Below, piece by piece: positions 1 through 10,000 of a DNA stretch of 64,000 nt (the stretch's first letter is position 1; each line of letters begins with the position of its first letter). Below the pieces are notes generated by a model. It did no database searches. It saw nothing but the letters and a program-made list of their open reading frames with translations, and was not told where the DNA came from. A program made the translations under genes and the position numbers. Origin of the DNA: Candidatus Poseidoniales archaeon (GTDB taxonomy: Archaea > Thermoplasmatota > Poseidoniia > Poseidoniales > Poseidoniaceae). Where the stretch lies: contig QQRY01000040.1 of assembly GCA_003602575.1 (NCBI GenBank), forward strand, positions 7,753-71,752. The letters run 5' to 3'.

Positions 1-238
1 GATCAAATATCCGATATAGGAACCGGCGACAGAAGATAATGTTACAACCAGGAACAACCAAGTGACTAATGGTATGTCTCCAGCCGCATCATATAGCATT
101 GGAAGATAGAGTAAATCTGGTGGTACAGGTTGAATTATTGACTCGGTGAAAGAGACAACTGCGAGGGTTGCAGGACCAAAAATGTCGAAGAAATCTAAGA
201 TAGTCTCTTTCCACGACATATCTCTCGCTTTGATGCAT
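1..238 (-). CDS. DedA/YqaA-family (VTT-domain) membrane protein, N-terminal fragment; gene runs off the left edge
   Basis: My translation of the minus strand from the ATG at 236-238 gives MHQSERYVVERDYLDFFDIFGPATLAVVSFTESIIQPVPPDLLYLPMLYDAAGDIPLVTWLFLVVTLSSVAGSYIGYLI, open to position 1. The E-S-x-x-x-P-V-P-P-D-x-L loop between hydrophobic helices is typical of YqaA/DedA proteins. It is not in the ORF track because it is truncated. Confidence 0.5.
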
Positions 239-298
239 TAGTCTTGAATGTGCGCATAATCGGTGGGTTGATGGGGGGCTTTACGGGGTGTCCTACTG

Positions 299-790
299 AT
301 GCGAGTACTAGATACGGCTGCGTTACTTCACTGGCCAGTTGCGGAATTAGCCGATGGTATCTGTGCTGAGAGTCAACGACAAGAGATAGAGAGATTGAGT
401 CCACAGCGGGCTATGCTTGTGTTTGCATTAGAAATAGATTGGCGACAAGTTTCTCCTAAATGGCTTGAAATGGCTAGAGATGAAGCCGCTAAGACGGGAG
501 ACTTACCAAGATTATCAGATGTTGATGTTGACGTATTAGCACTAGCCTTAGGTCTTGATTTACCTTTGTTCACAGATGATTATAGATTACAGAATGTTAT
601 GCAGAGCGCTGGTAAGGTTGCCACTTCTGTTGAGTCAGAAGGCGCAAAGCAAGTATGGACTTGGGAACTGAGATGTACTGGTTGTAGAACCAAGACAGAA
701 GTACCTAATGATGTAGACCGCTCAAAAAAGGGTGCAGTCAAAGATTGTGATATTTGTGGCTCACCAATGATGCTCAAGAAAGCACGATGA
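299..790 (+). CDS. nob1: Nob1-like endoribonuclease (PIN domain plus C-terminal zinc ribbon), probable 16S rRNA 3'-end maturation
   Basis: 163 aa. The N-terminal VLDTAALL and a later FTDDY provide PIN-type acidic residues. The C-terminal CTGC...CDIC forms a four-Cys ribbon. Size and architecture match archaeal Nob1. Confidence 0.65.
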   Translation: MRVLDTAALLHWPVAELADGICAESQRQEIERLSPQRAMLVFALEIDWRQVSPKWLEMARDEAAKTGDLPRLSDVDVDVLALALGLDLPLFTDDYRLQNVMQSAGKVATSVESEGAKQVWTWELRCTGCRTKTEVPNDVDRSKKGAVKDCDICGSPMMLKKAR

Positions 791-1105
791 TTATTCTTCA
801 GAATTCATTGCTTCTAGTGCAGCAACTTTCTTTTCTACTTCTTCAACATCCATTCCGGTCGGGTCAATTCCAACCGCTTTGGCTCTTGCTGCAAGCGCCT
901 GGCTCGGCGTTCTTCCACCTGCTTCCAAATCTGCTTTCGTTTCTTCAAGTTTCATAGCGTTGGTTGTGTGTTCCAGACCTTTTTGGAATTCACCTTTTGA
1001 CCTTCCAAGAGCATTTGCCATCTTAGGTAGACGCTCTGCCCCGAATAAAACGAAAAATATGACGAGCAGTACAATGATTTCCAAGGGTCCTAGTCCTCCA
1101 AACAT
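791..1105 (-). CDS. tatA: Twin-arginine translocase subunit TatA/E
   Basis: 104 aa. MFGGLGPLEIIVLLVIFFVLFGAERLPKMANALGRSKGEFQKG is the classic TatA TM helix, hinge (FG) and amphipathic helix. Confidence 0.85.
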   Translation of the reverse strand: MFGGLGPLEIIVLLVIFFVLFGAERLPKMANALGRSKGEFQKGLEHTTNAMKLEETKADLEAGGRTPSQALAARAKAVGIDPTGMDVEEVEKKVAALEAMNSEE

Positions 1106-1177
1106 TACTCTTCCTCGTCTTGGGGTAGTGGTTGGGTGTGTTAAGGCTTCGCTGAAAAATCATCCATTATTGCTGAT

Positions 1178-1429
1178 TTAACCGCCTGACACAGGAGGCA
1201 AAAGAGCGATTTCATCGTCATTGGAAAGTTCTCTCTCAATTTCACATCGATCTCCATTTATGGCAACAGTGAGCCCATTTTCTAGCCACTTCTCGAGATT
1301 CAATGAAATAATCAAGTCTTGAATTGTTGAATTTTTGGTCATTTGAATCTCTTGATTTCTTGGAATTTCTTCGCTTAAAGGTCCAAATGCAACTACACTT
1401 ACCGTGATAGTGTTGTCTTGTTCGGCCAT
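1178..1429 (-). CDS. MoaD/ThiS-type ubiquitin-like small modifier (SAMP-like), C-terminal GG
   Basis: The ORF ends ...DDEIALLPPVSGG, the MoaD/SAMP beta-grasp signature. I place the start at MAEQDN (1429) rather than the track's 1483, because 1483 would overlap the divergent ABC gene start. Confidence 0.75.
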   Translation of the reverse strand: MAEQDNTITVSVVAFGPLSEEIPRNQEIQMTKNSTIQDLIISLNLEKWLENGLTVAINGDRCEIERELSNDDEIALLPPVSGG

Positions 1430-1481
1430 GATGATGCTTTGAAGCGGTAGTTTATCAACGCAGTTCCTTTGTACTGAATTC

Positions 1482-2180
1482 ATGCGACCTGTTATGCAAG
1501 CAACTGCATTATGGAAAATCTATGCTTCTGGCGATTCTACTGTACAAGCAGTAAGGGGCGTGGATGTTGAAATCAAAGAAGGCGAGATGATTGCCATCAT
1601 GGGTCCTTCGGGGTGCGGGAAAACAACACTTCTGAATGTTTTATCAGGAATAGATGAGCCTAATTCTGGTGAAGTAATGATTGATGGTAATCCAATGTAT
1701 TCGGTTTCTGATGATAAAAGAACACAAATGCGAGCAGAAAATTTGGGTTTTATTTTCCAAGATTTCAATCTCCTTCCTGTACTCTCTGCTGTTGAAAATG
1801 TCGAATTGCCGCTTCTCCTTCTAGGTAAATCTGCAAGCGAATCCCGTAAATCAGCATTGGAAGCTCTAGATTCAGTTGGTTTGGCCGACCGTAGCGAACA
1901 CAGACCAACTGAACTATCGGGCGGTCAGCAGCAAAGGGTTGCCATAGCCCGCGCCATTGTTCATCACCCGAAAGTGATACTTTGTGATGAACCGACAGGC
2001 AATCTTGACTCAGCTACATCGGGCACTGTTATGGCCTTGCTAAAAGAAATCAACGAAAAACTTGGTACAACTTTCCTTCTGGTCACTCACGACAAAGATG
2101 TTGCTTCACAATGTAGCAGGATTTTGACAATGGATGATGGACTGATGGTTGATACTGGAAGGGACGAAGAGGAGGAGTAA
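1482..2180 (+). CDS. ABC transporter ATP-binding protein (MacB/LolD-type)
   Basis: Walker A GPSGCGKTTLLN, signature LSGGQQQRVAIARA and Walker B ILCDEPTGNLD. It sits immediately upstream of an FtsX-type permease. The start could also be the Met at 1494. Confidence 0.9.
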   Translation: MRPVMQATALWKIYASGDSTVQAVRGVDVEIKEGEMIAIMGPSGCGKTTLLNVLSGIDEPNSGEVMIDGNPMYSVSDDKRTQMRAENLGFIFQDFNLLPVLSAVENVELPLLLLGKSASESRKSALEALDSVGLADRSEHRPTELSGGQQQRVAIARAIVHHPKVILCDEPTGNLDSATSGTVMALLKEINEKLGTTFLLVTHDKDVASQCSRILTMDDGLMVDTGRDEEEE

Positions 2181-2194
2181 TTCTGCTTGTAGAG

Positions 2195-5100
2195 ATGCTC
2201 GTCCTACTGGTCGTTGTCGCTATTCCCTCGGGAATTTCGACAGTCCTAACAGGGCGTAGCAGAAATCTATCTCTTCCCATCAAAGCATTTTTGACATTTG
2301 GTCCGGCTATAGATGCAATACTTGCATTTTGGATATTTGGTATGTTTTCAATAGAAGGAATGACTTTGTGGGCTGGCGCATTGAGTATTGCGATCCTCAG
2401 CCATGTCCTAATGCAACCTTTATTGGTGCCTCAAAGATTAGTAGTTTGGCGTTTAGCAAAAGAAAATGTGATGAGAAGAAAACGACAAGCAGCATTGCTG
2501 ATGGCTGGATTGGTAATCGCTTCTGCGATTATTACTTCATCTCTAGTAGTCGGTGATTCTCTCGATGCCACCGTTAGGTACGAGATTGAAGAATCATGGG
2601 GGGAAACCGATGTCACTCTTTCTGGTTTTGATATGAGTACAGGAGAAAGGGTCAAAATTTCTGAACGTATCGCTCATCAATTATGGCAAGATATTCAACT
2701 AGATTCTGGATTAAGAGGAGATATAAAAGGCCAACAACATGGAATAATTTCAGGAGCTAGCATCCAAGCACCTAGTGGTAAATCATTACCAACGGTGACC
2801 TGGGCAAGTATGAACTCGACTATTGATTCTCTCGAAGTTTGGCCTAATCTTGGTTCTCAAGAAAACGGAATTAGATATATTGACATCGAGGAGCAAAACA
2901 ATTTCAATGAACAAACTCAAATTGTCATAAACAGGGTACTTGCTGATGAACTGGAACTTGAAATTGGTGATGATGTTGAGATTGGATGGTATGTTACAGA
3001 TGATAGTTCTAGGAAAAGAGTAGAGCGAAATGTAACAATTTTTACAATAGTTGAAAATGATGGTATGGCTAATCTGGCTGGAACACAATCACCGGCAATG
3101 TTCACTGATTTATCAACAGCACAAGAGTTACAATTGCTAGAAGGTGAACTCAATACAGTTTACTATGCACTGGCTGGTGATGTAGATGATGAAGGGACTA
3201 TAGAGCCGGTAATCGAAAAACTTGGAGACTTACTAAACGAGACTCTAACGGCAGAGGATGTAGGTTTCAATTTAGATTTTCAACAACAATCAGGTTCACT
3301 CTCATTATCGACTGATAAGGGCCTTGGTCGATTACAAGGAGAAGACGTAGTATCGCTTCGAGAGAATCTTTCAAGCCTTCTTGTTGGAAGTGATATGATG
3401 GAAGTTTTACAAGTTCCATTGATTGAAATGGAATATGATTTCGAACAACTATTGACTCTTACATCTTCATCCATAACAGAAATAAGAGAGGGTAAGAGAG
3501 CACTATGGCATGTTTCAGATTCGGGTTTTGGTTATCAAATCGAGGGCGCAGGTTCTGCGTGGTTATGGCAAGTTCAAGATTCAGAAAAGACATATGATTT
3601 CGCCTTGAATACGTCCGGCCATCTTGGCGCTATTGCTCATTCGAGTGGTATAATAATAGGTGGTGAATCAAATTATGATGATGAGTATTGGGCGAGTGAA
3701 GAAACATCGGGAGTAATACACTCGATATATTCCCAAGATGAGTTCTGGTGGGCCACTGAATTAGATGAACAAGATCTAGTTCTACATCGCTATAATCAAG
3801 ATTTATCTCAAGATGAGCAAGTTTCTCTATCAGTCTCGATTCCATCGACGATTCTTTCTATCGAACTCATAGTCGAAGATTCACTATACCTCGAAATTGA
3901 GGGTTTACTTAGTGTCCAGCGATATGTATCAAACTCTCTAAGTCTAGAGGATAATTTTTCTCTGTGGTCCTCGGGTCAGTATTGGCCTACTGAAGAGATT
4001 ATACAAGCAAATTCCCCCTTGCATCCTGATTGCAATTCCGTAACATCGCTAACCTCGGTTAAACTTGGAGGAGATTGGTGCAGTTATGATGGTGGACTGC
4101 TGCGTTGGAATGGCTCGGAAGTAGATTCCATTCGTCTTCCTATTATGTCTAGTGCCGGTGGTTTTGGAGAATTGCCTCAGTTATTCTTGGCATTTGGCGG
4201 CGAACAATCACCAGTAACAGTTGAAGATGGTCATATATCGATAAGCCAACGTCTTTCTCCATTAGCGATGGCTGATAATCAAAGTAAGGTCTGGGTAAAA
4301 GGATTAATTCCATATGCGTTTGGAAATGATAGTTCTTTGGGGCTGATAAATGCTGGAATCTATAGTGAGCAAGAAGGTTTAGAATCATTAGAAGATTTAG
4401 ATAGCGTAGTATTGGGCTTTATTTCTTTATCAGATGCTGAGAAATTATCAGCATCAGCGGAAGATGAACGTTCACTGGTAATAATTGGCGGTGGACTATT
4501 GCAGTCAAATGACTCCAATGTTACCAACCAAGCCATAATGACGCTTTCTAACTGGCTTGACCAAAATTCCGATAGTGATGATCTAGGTGCTTCTTTCACA
4601 GCAGTAAAAGTCGAGGCTACTAAGGCTGCAGCACAATCTTCTGGTGTGATAGCAGGAATGTTCCTCGTGTTTGGAACATTTACTATCGCCGCTGGTGTTT
4701 TACTGGTCTTGACAATAATTCTCATGCTTGCAGAATCACGCAGAGGTGAATTAGGAGTTCTTAGAGCGATTGGAATTAGTCGTTCAGATGCTAGGGCTCT
4801 GGCGGTACAAGAAGGCGTAATAGTGGCTTCTTTGGCCGGAGTGATTGGAGCATTTGTTGGTCTAGGGTTAGCATGGATAATCAGTGTTGCATTCGATAAT
4901 ATATTTGCTGCCGCAGGTTCGGATTTATTCACCTTCGCTTGGGATTGGTCCTCGGTTTTTGCTGGTTGGGCATGGGGCTTTTTAATCGCTATATCCACTT
5001 TATGGGGCTCGGCTTTATGGACTTCAAAATTGAACATAGTCTCTGCATTAAAAGGCGGCGTGTTAAGGATTCAGGAAGGGATTCCTTGGATATTGATGTT

Positions 5101-6811
5101 GGTTCAGATTGTGACATTTGGAGCGATGTCCATCTTCATGTTACTATTATTGGTGTTTGGATTTGACTCGGGATTATCTTATCTCTTGTGGACCATTGGT
5201 GGTCTTTTTGCATTGATTACCTTTGTTCCCATCTTCACCTGGGAGTTACCGGTTCTTTTGAAATCAAAAAGTCTCAGATGGAAAAATAGAGCAAGGCATG
5301 GTGGCCGTAATACATTAGGATGGTTGGGAGGATTGATTCTTCTTTGGACAATAGCCTTGGAACCGATTGACCCAGTGCGAAATAATATGACTCCTGATGA
5401 GTTTTCATTTATTCTTCTAGGATTGTTTGAGGTCTTTGCTGGTGTTTTACTTTTGACCAGTGCAGCCCCGATACTTGTTTCTAGAATTGGGCGTTCACAA
5501 TTTTTCACCAAGCGTTGGGGGCCTGTTTTACCCGTAGCTTTAGCACACCCACTTTCAACTCCAGTGCGTACTGCAGTGGTAATGGGAATGTTTTCAATAA
5601 CAGTATTTTCTGTAATAGTTCTCGGTGGGTATACCGAGCAATTCGATAACTACTCAAGTTCCTTTGTAGAAGATACGGAAGGTGAATTCGAATTGATGCT
5701 CACAGCATCTCGCTCGCGGCCACTTGAACTTTCTAGTGATCCATTGATGTGGAACTTAAGTACTGCTCTAGAAGATGATATCGATGCAGTTGGAAAGGTG
5801 TACCGTTCTGAAGTATTCTTAGAAGATGATTCTGGTGAAAGAATGCCATATATCTTACGTGGTTTTGATGATGGCTTTGCCAATCACGGAGGGCTACCTT
5901 TGCATCTCTGGGATGAGTCGCTTGGAGATACGCCTGAAGAAGCATGGATTTCAATTGGAAATCGTGACGATATAGTCTTGGTCGACGCCTCATTTGGGCT
6001 TGAATTAAGTACTGATGGAACCGGTATTTCTGCGATGAGTTTTTCAATTGGAGATTCAATTTCTCTAATTGATTTATCCAACCCAGGAAATAGCAGAAAT
6101 GTAGTGGTGGGCGGGTTCCTTGAACAGTCTTCATACCTGTTCTCCCCAGGAGTCTGGATAAGTAGTGAAATTTCACAAGAGCAATTCGATTCTAGGTTGA
6201 CTAGAATGTATGTCAGTTTGTCAGATGAAGCCAAGCCAAGTTCTTCTTTTGATTCGTCAGAAATCCAGACATTTTCAGCCGCTGGTAAATCTTCAGAACT
6301 TCGAATTGCTTCTGCTGAGTTAGCAGAACACTTGGAGGAGAAACTCAACAACGAGGGTGCTTCAGTTTCAGTAATTTCAGATGATGTGATGTTAATTCAA
6401 TCACTAGTCATAGCATTACTTGGTATTTTTGAAGGTTATCTTGCTCTAGGTTTGATAGTTGGAATTGCTGGAATTGGAGTTGTTACCGTACGTTCAGTGT
6501 CTGAAAGAAGACGTACTATCGGGATACTCAGAGCCTTAGGTTATCGTAAGAAAATGGTAACTGCCACTTTTTTGGTAGAAGTATCTTGGGTGGGATTACT
6601 TGGAATTCTAAATGGTGTATTGGTGGCAATAGGCTTCCATAGGTCTCTTTATAATTCATTTTGGAAGGATCAGGGTGCGGATTTTACTTTACCTTGGTCT
6701 TCGATAATTAGCGTCTTAGTCGGTGGATGGTTACTGATAATAATGGCCACTATGGTGCCGATTAGGTCCGCTTCTAAAATCCCGCCATCTGCCGCTTTGC
6801 GTGAAATTTGA
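2195..6811 (+). CDS. Very large FtsX-family ABC permease (two FtsX modules, greatly expanded extracytoplasmic domains)
   Basis: 1,538 aa. The two FtsX-type TM bundles are ...LAESRRGELGVLRAIGISRSDARALAVQEGVIVASLAGVIGAFVG... (around aa 810-930) and ...SERRRTIGILRALGYRKKMVTATFLVEVSWVGLLGILNG... (C-terminus). Each follows a long soluble segment of roughly 675 and 290 aa. Confidence 0.75.
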   Translation: MLVLLVVVAIPSGISTVLTGRSRNLSLPIKAFLTFGPAIDAILAFWIFGMFSIEGMTLWAGALSIAILSHVLMQPLLVPQRLVVWRLAKENVMRRKRQAALLMAGLVIASAIITSSLVVGDSLDATVRYEIEESWGETDVTLSGFDMSTGERVKISERIAHQLWQDIQLDSGLRGDIKGQQHGIISGASIQAPSGKSLPTVTWASMNSTIDSLEVWPNLGSQENGIRYIDIEEQNNFNEQTQIVINRVLADELELEIGDDVEIGWYVTDDSSRKRVERNVTIFTIVENDGMANLAGTQSPAMFTDLSTAQELQLLEGELNTVYYALAGDVDDEGTIEPVIEKLGDLLNETLTAEDVGFNLDFQQQSGSLSLSTDKGLGRLQGEDVVSLRENLSSLLVGSDMMEVLQVPLIEMEYDFEQLLTLTSSSITEIREGKRALWHVSDSGFGYQIEGAGSAWLWQVQDSEKTYDFALNTSGHLGAIAHSSGIIIGGESNYDDEYWASEETSGVIHSIYSQDEFWWATELDEQDLVLHRYNQDLSQDEQVSLSVSIPSTILSIELIVEDSLYLEIEGLLSVQRYVSNSLSLEDNFSLWSSGQYWPTEEIIQANSPLHPDCNSVTSLTSVKLGGDWCSYDGGLLRWNGSEVDSIRLPIMSSAGGFGELPQLFLAFGGEQSPVTVEDGHISISQRLSPLAMADNQSKVWVKGLIPYAFGNDSSLGLINAGIYSEQEGLESLEDLDSVVLGFISLSDAEKLSASAEDERSLVIIGGGLLQSNDSNVTNQAIMTLSNWLDQNSDSDDLGASFTAVKVEATKAAAQSSGVIAGMFLVFGTFTIAAGVLLVLTIILMLAESRRGELGVLRAIGISRSDARALAVQEGVIVASLAGVIGAFVGLGLAWIISVAFDNIFAAAGSDLFTFAWDWSSVFAGWAWGFLIAISTLWGSALWTSKLNIVSALKGGVLRIQEGIPWILMLVQIVTFGAMSIFMLLLLVFGFDSGLSYLLWTIGGLFALITFVPIFTWELPVLLKSKSLRWKNRARHGGRNTLGWLGGLILLWTIALEPIDPVRNNMTPDEFSFILLGLFEVFAGVLLLTSAAPILVSRIGRSQFFTKRWGPVLPVALAHPLSTPVRTAVVMGMFSITVFSVIVLGGYTEQFDNYSSSFVEDTEGEFELMLTASRSRPLELSSDPLMWNLSTALEDDIDAVGKVYRSEVFLEDDSGERMPYILRGFDDGFANHGGLPLHLWDESLGDTPEEAWISIGNRDDIVLVDASFGLELSTDGTGISAMSFSIGDSISLIDLSNPGNSRNVVVGGFLEQSSYLFSPGVWISSEISQEQFDSRLTRMYVSLSDEAKPSSSFDSSEIQTFSAAGKSSELRIASAELAEHLEEKLNNEGASVSVISDDVMLIQSLVIALLGIFEGYLALGLIVGIAGIGVVTVRSVSERRRTIGILRALGYRKKMVTATFLVEVSWVGLLGILNGVLVAIGFHRSLYNSFWKDQGADFTLPWSSIISVLVGGWLLIIMATMVPIRSASKIPPSAALREI

Positions 6812-6984
6812 GTAGTAATGTGTTATTTATTTGATAATTTCGAATTCTAAAATTGGCGAATTTGACATTTTTTCTAGCATCAACTTTCACAAATAAACTA
6901 CTCTATTCCAATACCTTAAAGGCATACTAAGAGTCTATTATGGCTCTATATTGCCGGTTTTTACCCTTCCTAAACCTTCCCATA

Positions 6985-6993
6985 GTATAAATA
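6985..6993 (+). promoter_or_regulatory. Putative archaeal TATA box for the 1,024-aa surface-protein gene
   Basis: GTATAAATA lies in an AT-rich intergenic region about 47 nt upstream of the ATG. GGAGG at 7028-7032 could act as a Shine-Dalgarno site. The same GTATAA[AG] core occurs upstream of the other two giant genes. Confidence 0.35.
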
Positions 6994-7039
6994 CGGCATT
7001 TGACGTGGAGCGGAATACCGAACCGTCGGAGGTATAGAT

Positions 7040-10000
7040 ATGAATAAAATGACCCCAATGATTCTCGTCATGTTAATGTTGACTAGTGTATTAGCAAGCA
7101 TTGACTTCGTCGAGCTACAAGAAATGAAAGAAATTGAAGACACAAGCGCCCGTGCAAGCGGTGACCCAGAAGTTGTAGTAATTACATCTCCTAGAGAAAC
7201 AACTTGCGATATGTCTGGCGACTGTCTTGACGAACTACTTGCAGGAGATCCTGTAAATTTCCGTGCTTACTTGCGTAACAGCGGAGACGCAGATCTCGAT
7301 AACATGCAGTATACTGTTGAAATTTACACTAATGATAACGGAAATCGAGGGGATATCGTAACTGATGTATCTGGAAATGAGTTGTCTTGGACAAACTCAA
7401 ACGCAGTTTGTAACACATCTCCTTCTTGTCAACAAACCGTATTGACACAAGGCGCATTCTTGACAGGTGGAGAAGCACTGTTGAAGGATTCCCTAGGTGC
7501 AACTCTATCTTGGACTCCATCCTCTGGAAGTTATTTTGTTGTAATTTCAGTATCATCCAATGTGCTTGGCGACCCAGGTAATAATGAATTATCTGTCGCT
7601 GTTCAAGTACGTGATTACTTCGATGTTGAGGTAGACCTAACTTGGTTAGACGGCTCAGGCGCACCTGTCTCAGGTAGCGTTGATGGTTCTGGAGCTAAAG
7701 ATTTCCAAGTCTCTGTTTCCTTGACTTCACCTGGTAACCCTTCTATGACAATTAGAAACGCATCTGTCTCAATGACTTATACTAACTTAGGTTCAGGCGA
7801 TGCTAGTTCATTCACAGTAGGACATTCTAGCACTGTTAACATTAGAGAAACTACGGGCAGTGGAACACCAGCTCAAACAGGAACAAGATTGATTGTCGGT
7901 TCCAATGGGCTTAATGGTTCTCATGTCGGTGTTGCTGTTGGGTCAGTAACTCCTTCTTCTGTATCCGGAGAATATTCTGTAAGCGCTGTACTATCTGAAT
8001 ATACGGTTTATGGGCCTCACGGAACGTCCATTTGTGGCGGTAGCGCTTTAGATACAATTTACTGTGAAAAGACAGTCACTAGCCAGGATTGGGCCGATGA
8101 GTACTCTGGTTCAAATGAAGCAACGATTTATGGTTCACTCGATGTTTTCCAAGACATAACACTCACACAATTCCAAATTTGGAAAGGACTAGATGGAGAA
8201 GATCCAGAGGTTTTCGGTTCTCTGGGCTTAGACATTACAAGTTCTCTATCTCCTGGCGACTATGACTTATATGCTGAGGTTGGCCATGTTTCAAGTAGTA
8301 GTTCAATTCTTTACAACTGGTCTGTCGATTTCACAATCACAGATTCTGAAGGAACCTCTACGGTAGTTACTGCTAACTCTTGTGATTCTAAGGTAGATTA
8401 CGATAATTCACAACTCGGTGCACCATCAGTAAAGACTCCAGATGCTCAAATGCTGGTCTATGCTTGCGCTTCAGTATCTATGACTGAAGGTGAGTTTGAA
8501 GTCGAAGCGGAAGCAAACTTACTGGGACAATGGGATGAAGATGGACTAACTCTTGATGATAAGATAGATGATATGTCTCTTTCAAACAACAAGTATAGTT
8601 TCGATGTAGAAGTTACTAACTTCGCTCCTCAGATTCTTTCCCTGAGTTTGGTCCCAGATTCGGTTACTGCTGATTCTGACAAGACAAGTTTCACTGCTAC
8701 TGCAAGTGTCTTTGATGTCGAAGGCGATCAAATCGACTATGTTTGGACTGATACTGCAGGTGATGAAATTAACTGTGCTGGCAGCTCTCCTGACCAGTGT
8801 ACCGTTTCTGTTGATGAATCAATGGTTCCAACTTACAGAATCAACCTTGCTGTTTATGATTCATATGGGGCTAGTGATAACACCAATGGTGAAATTACTG
8901 TTCTAAATTATGACAGCTTTACATCCCCAGCAGAAAGTACTCTGCATGCTGAATACGAAATAACTTACAAATCAACTGGTTTATCAATTACCTTTGCTAA
9001 CGCATCTGATGTTACTGATGTTGAACTTCCAGGCTATGATGGCACATATTCATCTGTAGGTGGAATGACCATTTCCCCATCTACTACATATGATACAAAA
9101 GATATAATGTCACAAACCATCACTGTTGCATTTGACAATCAAGTTGATGCAACTTCGATGTGGCTGAAAGTCGGAAACCTATGGCAATTACTTGCTACTG
9201 GCACTCCTGATGAATTCAATGCTACTTCCAGTTCTTACTCATACACATGGGGAGCTGGAGAATCAATGTTCACAGCAAATACTGAATTCCACCTATTTGG
9301 AGGAGTTCTGTCCCAAGCACAAGCACCAAGCGCTAATATTAGCGGATTTACTGCTGTCCCATCTATGGCTGGAGGAATCTCCATCAACTGGGCAATCGAT
9401 GGAACTATGCTTTCTGAAGATGAAGTCGTTGTAAGTATATGTGACACAGACCCACAATGCGCTAATGCTTATGAATCCAGTTGGAATTCTGATGTATCTT
9501 CAATGCTATACTCCGGACAGAACACTGTCCACGGAAACACATACTACGTCACAGCAGCAGTCTGTAAGGGTGGCCTGTGCAGTAATGAAGCCACTGCAAC
9601 AGTTGTCGCTGATAAAGAAGTTGCATCTGTTACAGCCGTTGATGTCACTATCTCCGAGTCTGGTGAGAACTGGGTCGTTAGTTGGAATGCTTCTGCAGAA
9701 GACTCAGATGTTGCATCTTGGTTAGTTTGCTACCTTAAAGCATCCTTTACAGCATCAGAGATGTCTGACCTTGTAGGCACCAGCGCATGTGTTTCAGCAG
9801 ATTCTACAACTGCAACAATCGCTAAGTATTCAACAGCAGGTACTTACAATGTACACTTTGCAATTGCTCCTGTTGACGTAGTTGGAAACATTGCTCCAAC
9901 AGCTTCTAGCGATAATATCGAGTACTCTAGAGCAGACGACAATACCAATCCTGATGACGGTTCTCAGACCACTGAAACAGAGGCATCTTCCGGAGTTCCT

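Noticed and set aside
195-404. 69-aa minus-strand ORF spanning the DedA-like/Nob1 intergenic region.
   Set aside because: It overlaps the well-supported Nob1 start and is in a different frame from the DedA/YqaA-like N-terminus, which starts at 238. It has no motifs.
1430-1483. Track start of the MoaD-like ORF at 1483, which overlaps the divergent ABC ATPase start at 1482.
   Set aside because: Head-to-head overlapping starts leave no promoter space. The internal Met (MAEQDN, 1429) gives an 83-aa protein of typical MoaD/SAMP length.
4360-5037. 225-aa minus-strand ORF inside the large FtsX permease gene. The same applies to other long antisense ORFs: 22234-22740, 31724-32299, 43322-43720, 61718-62374 and 62730-63200.
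   Set aside because: Each lies entirely antisense to a gene with strong family-level evidence. Their translations are low-complexity (Ser/Pro/Ile-rich) with no recognisable motifs. Such shadow ORFs are expected opposite long genes with biased codon usage.
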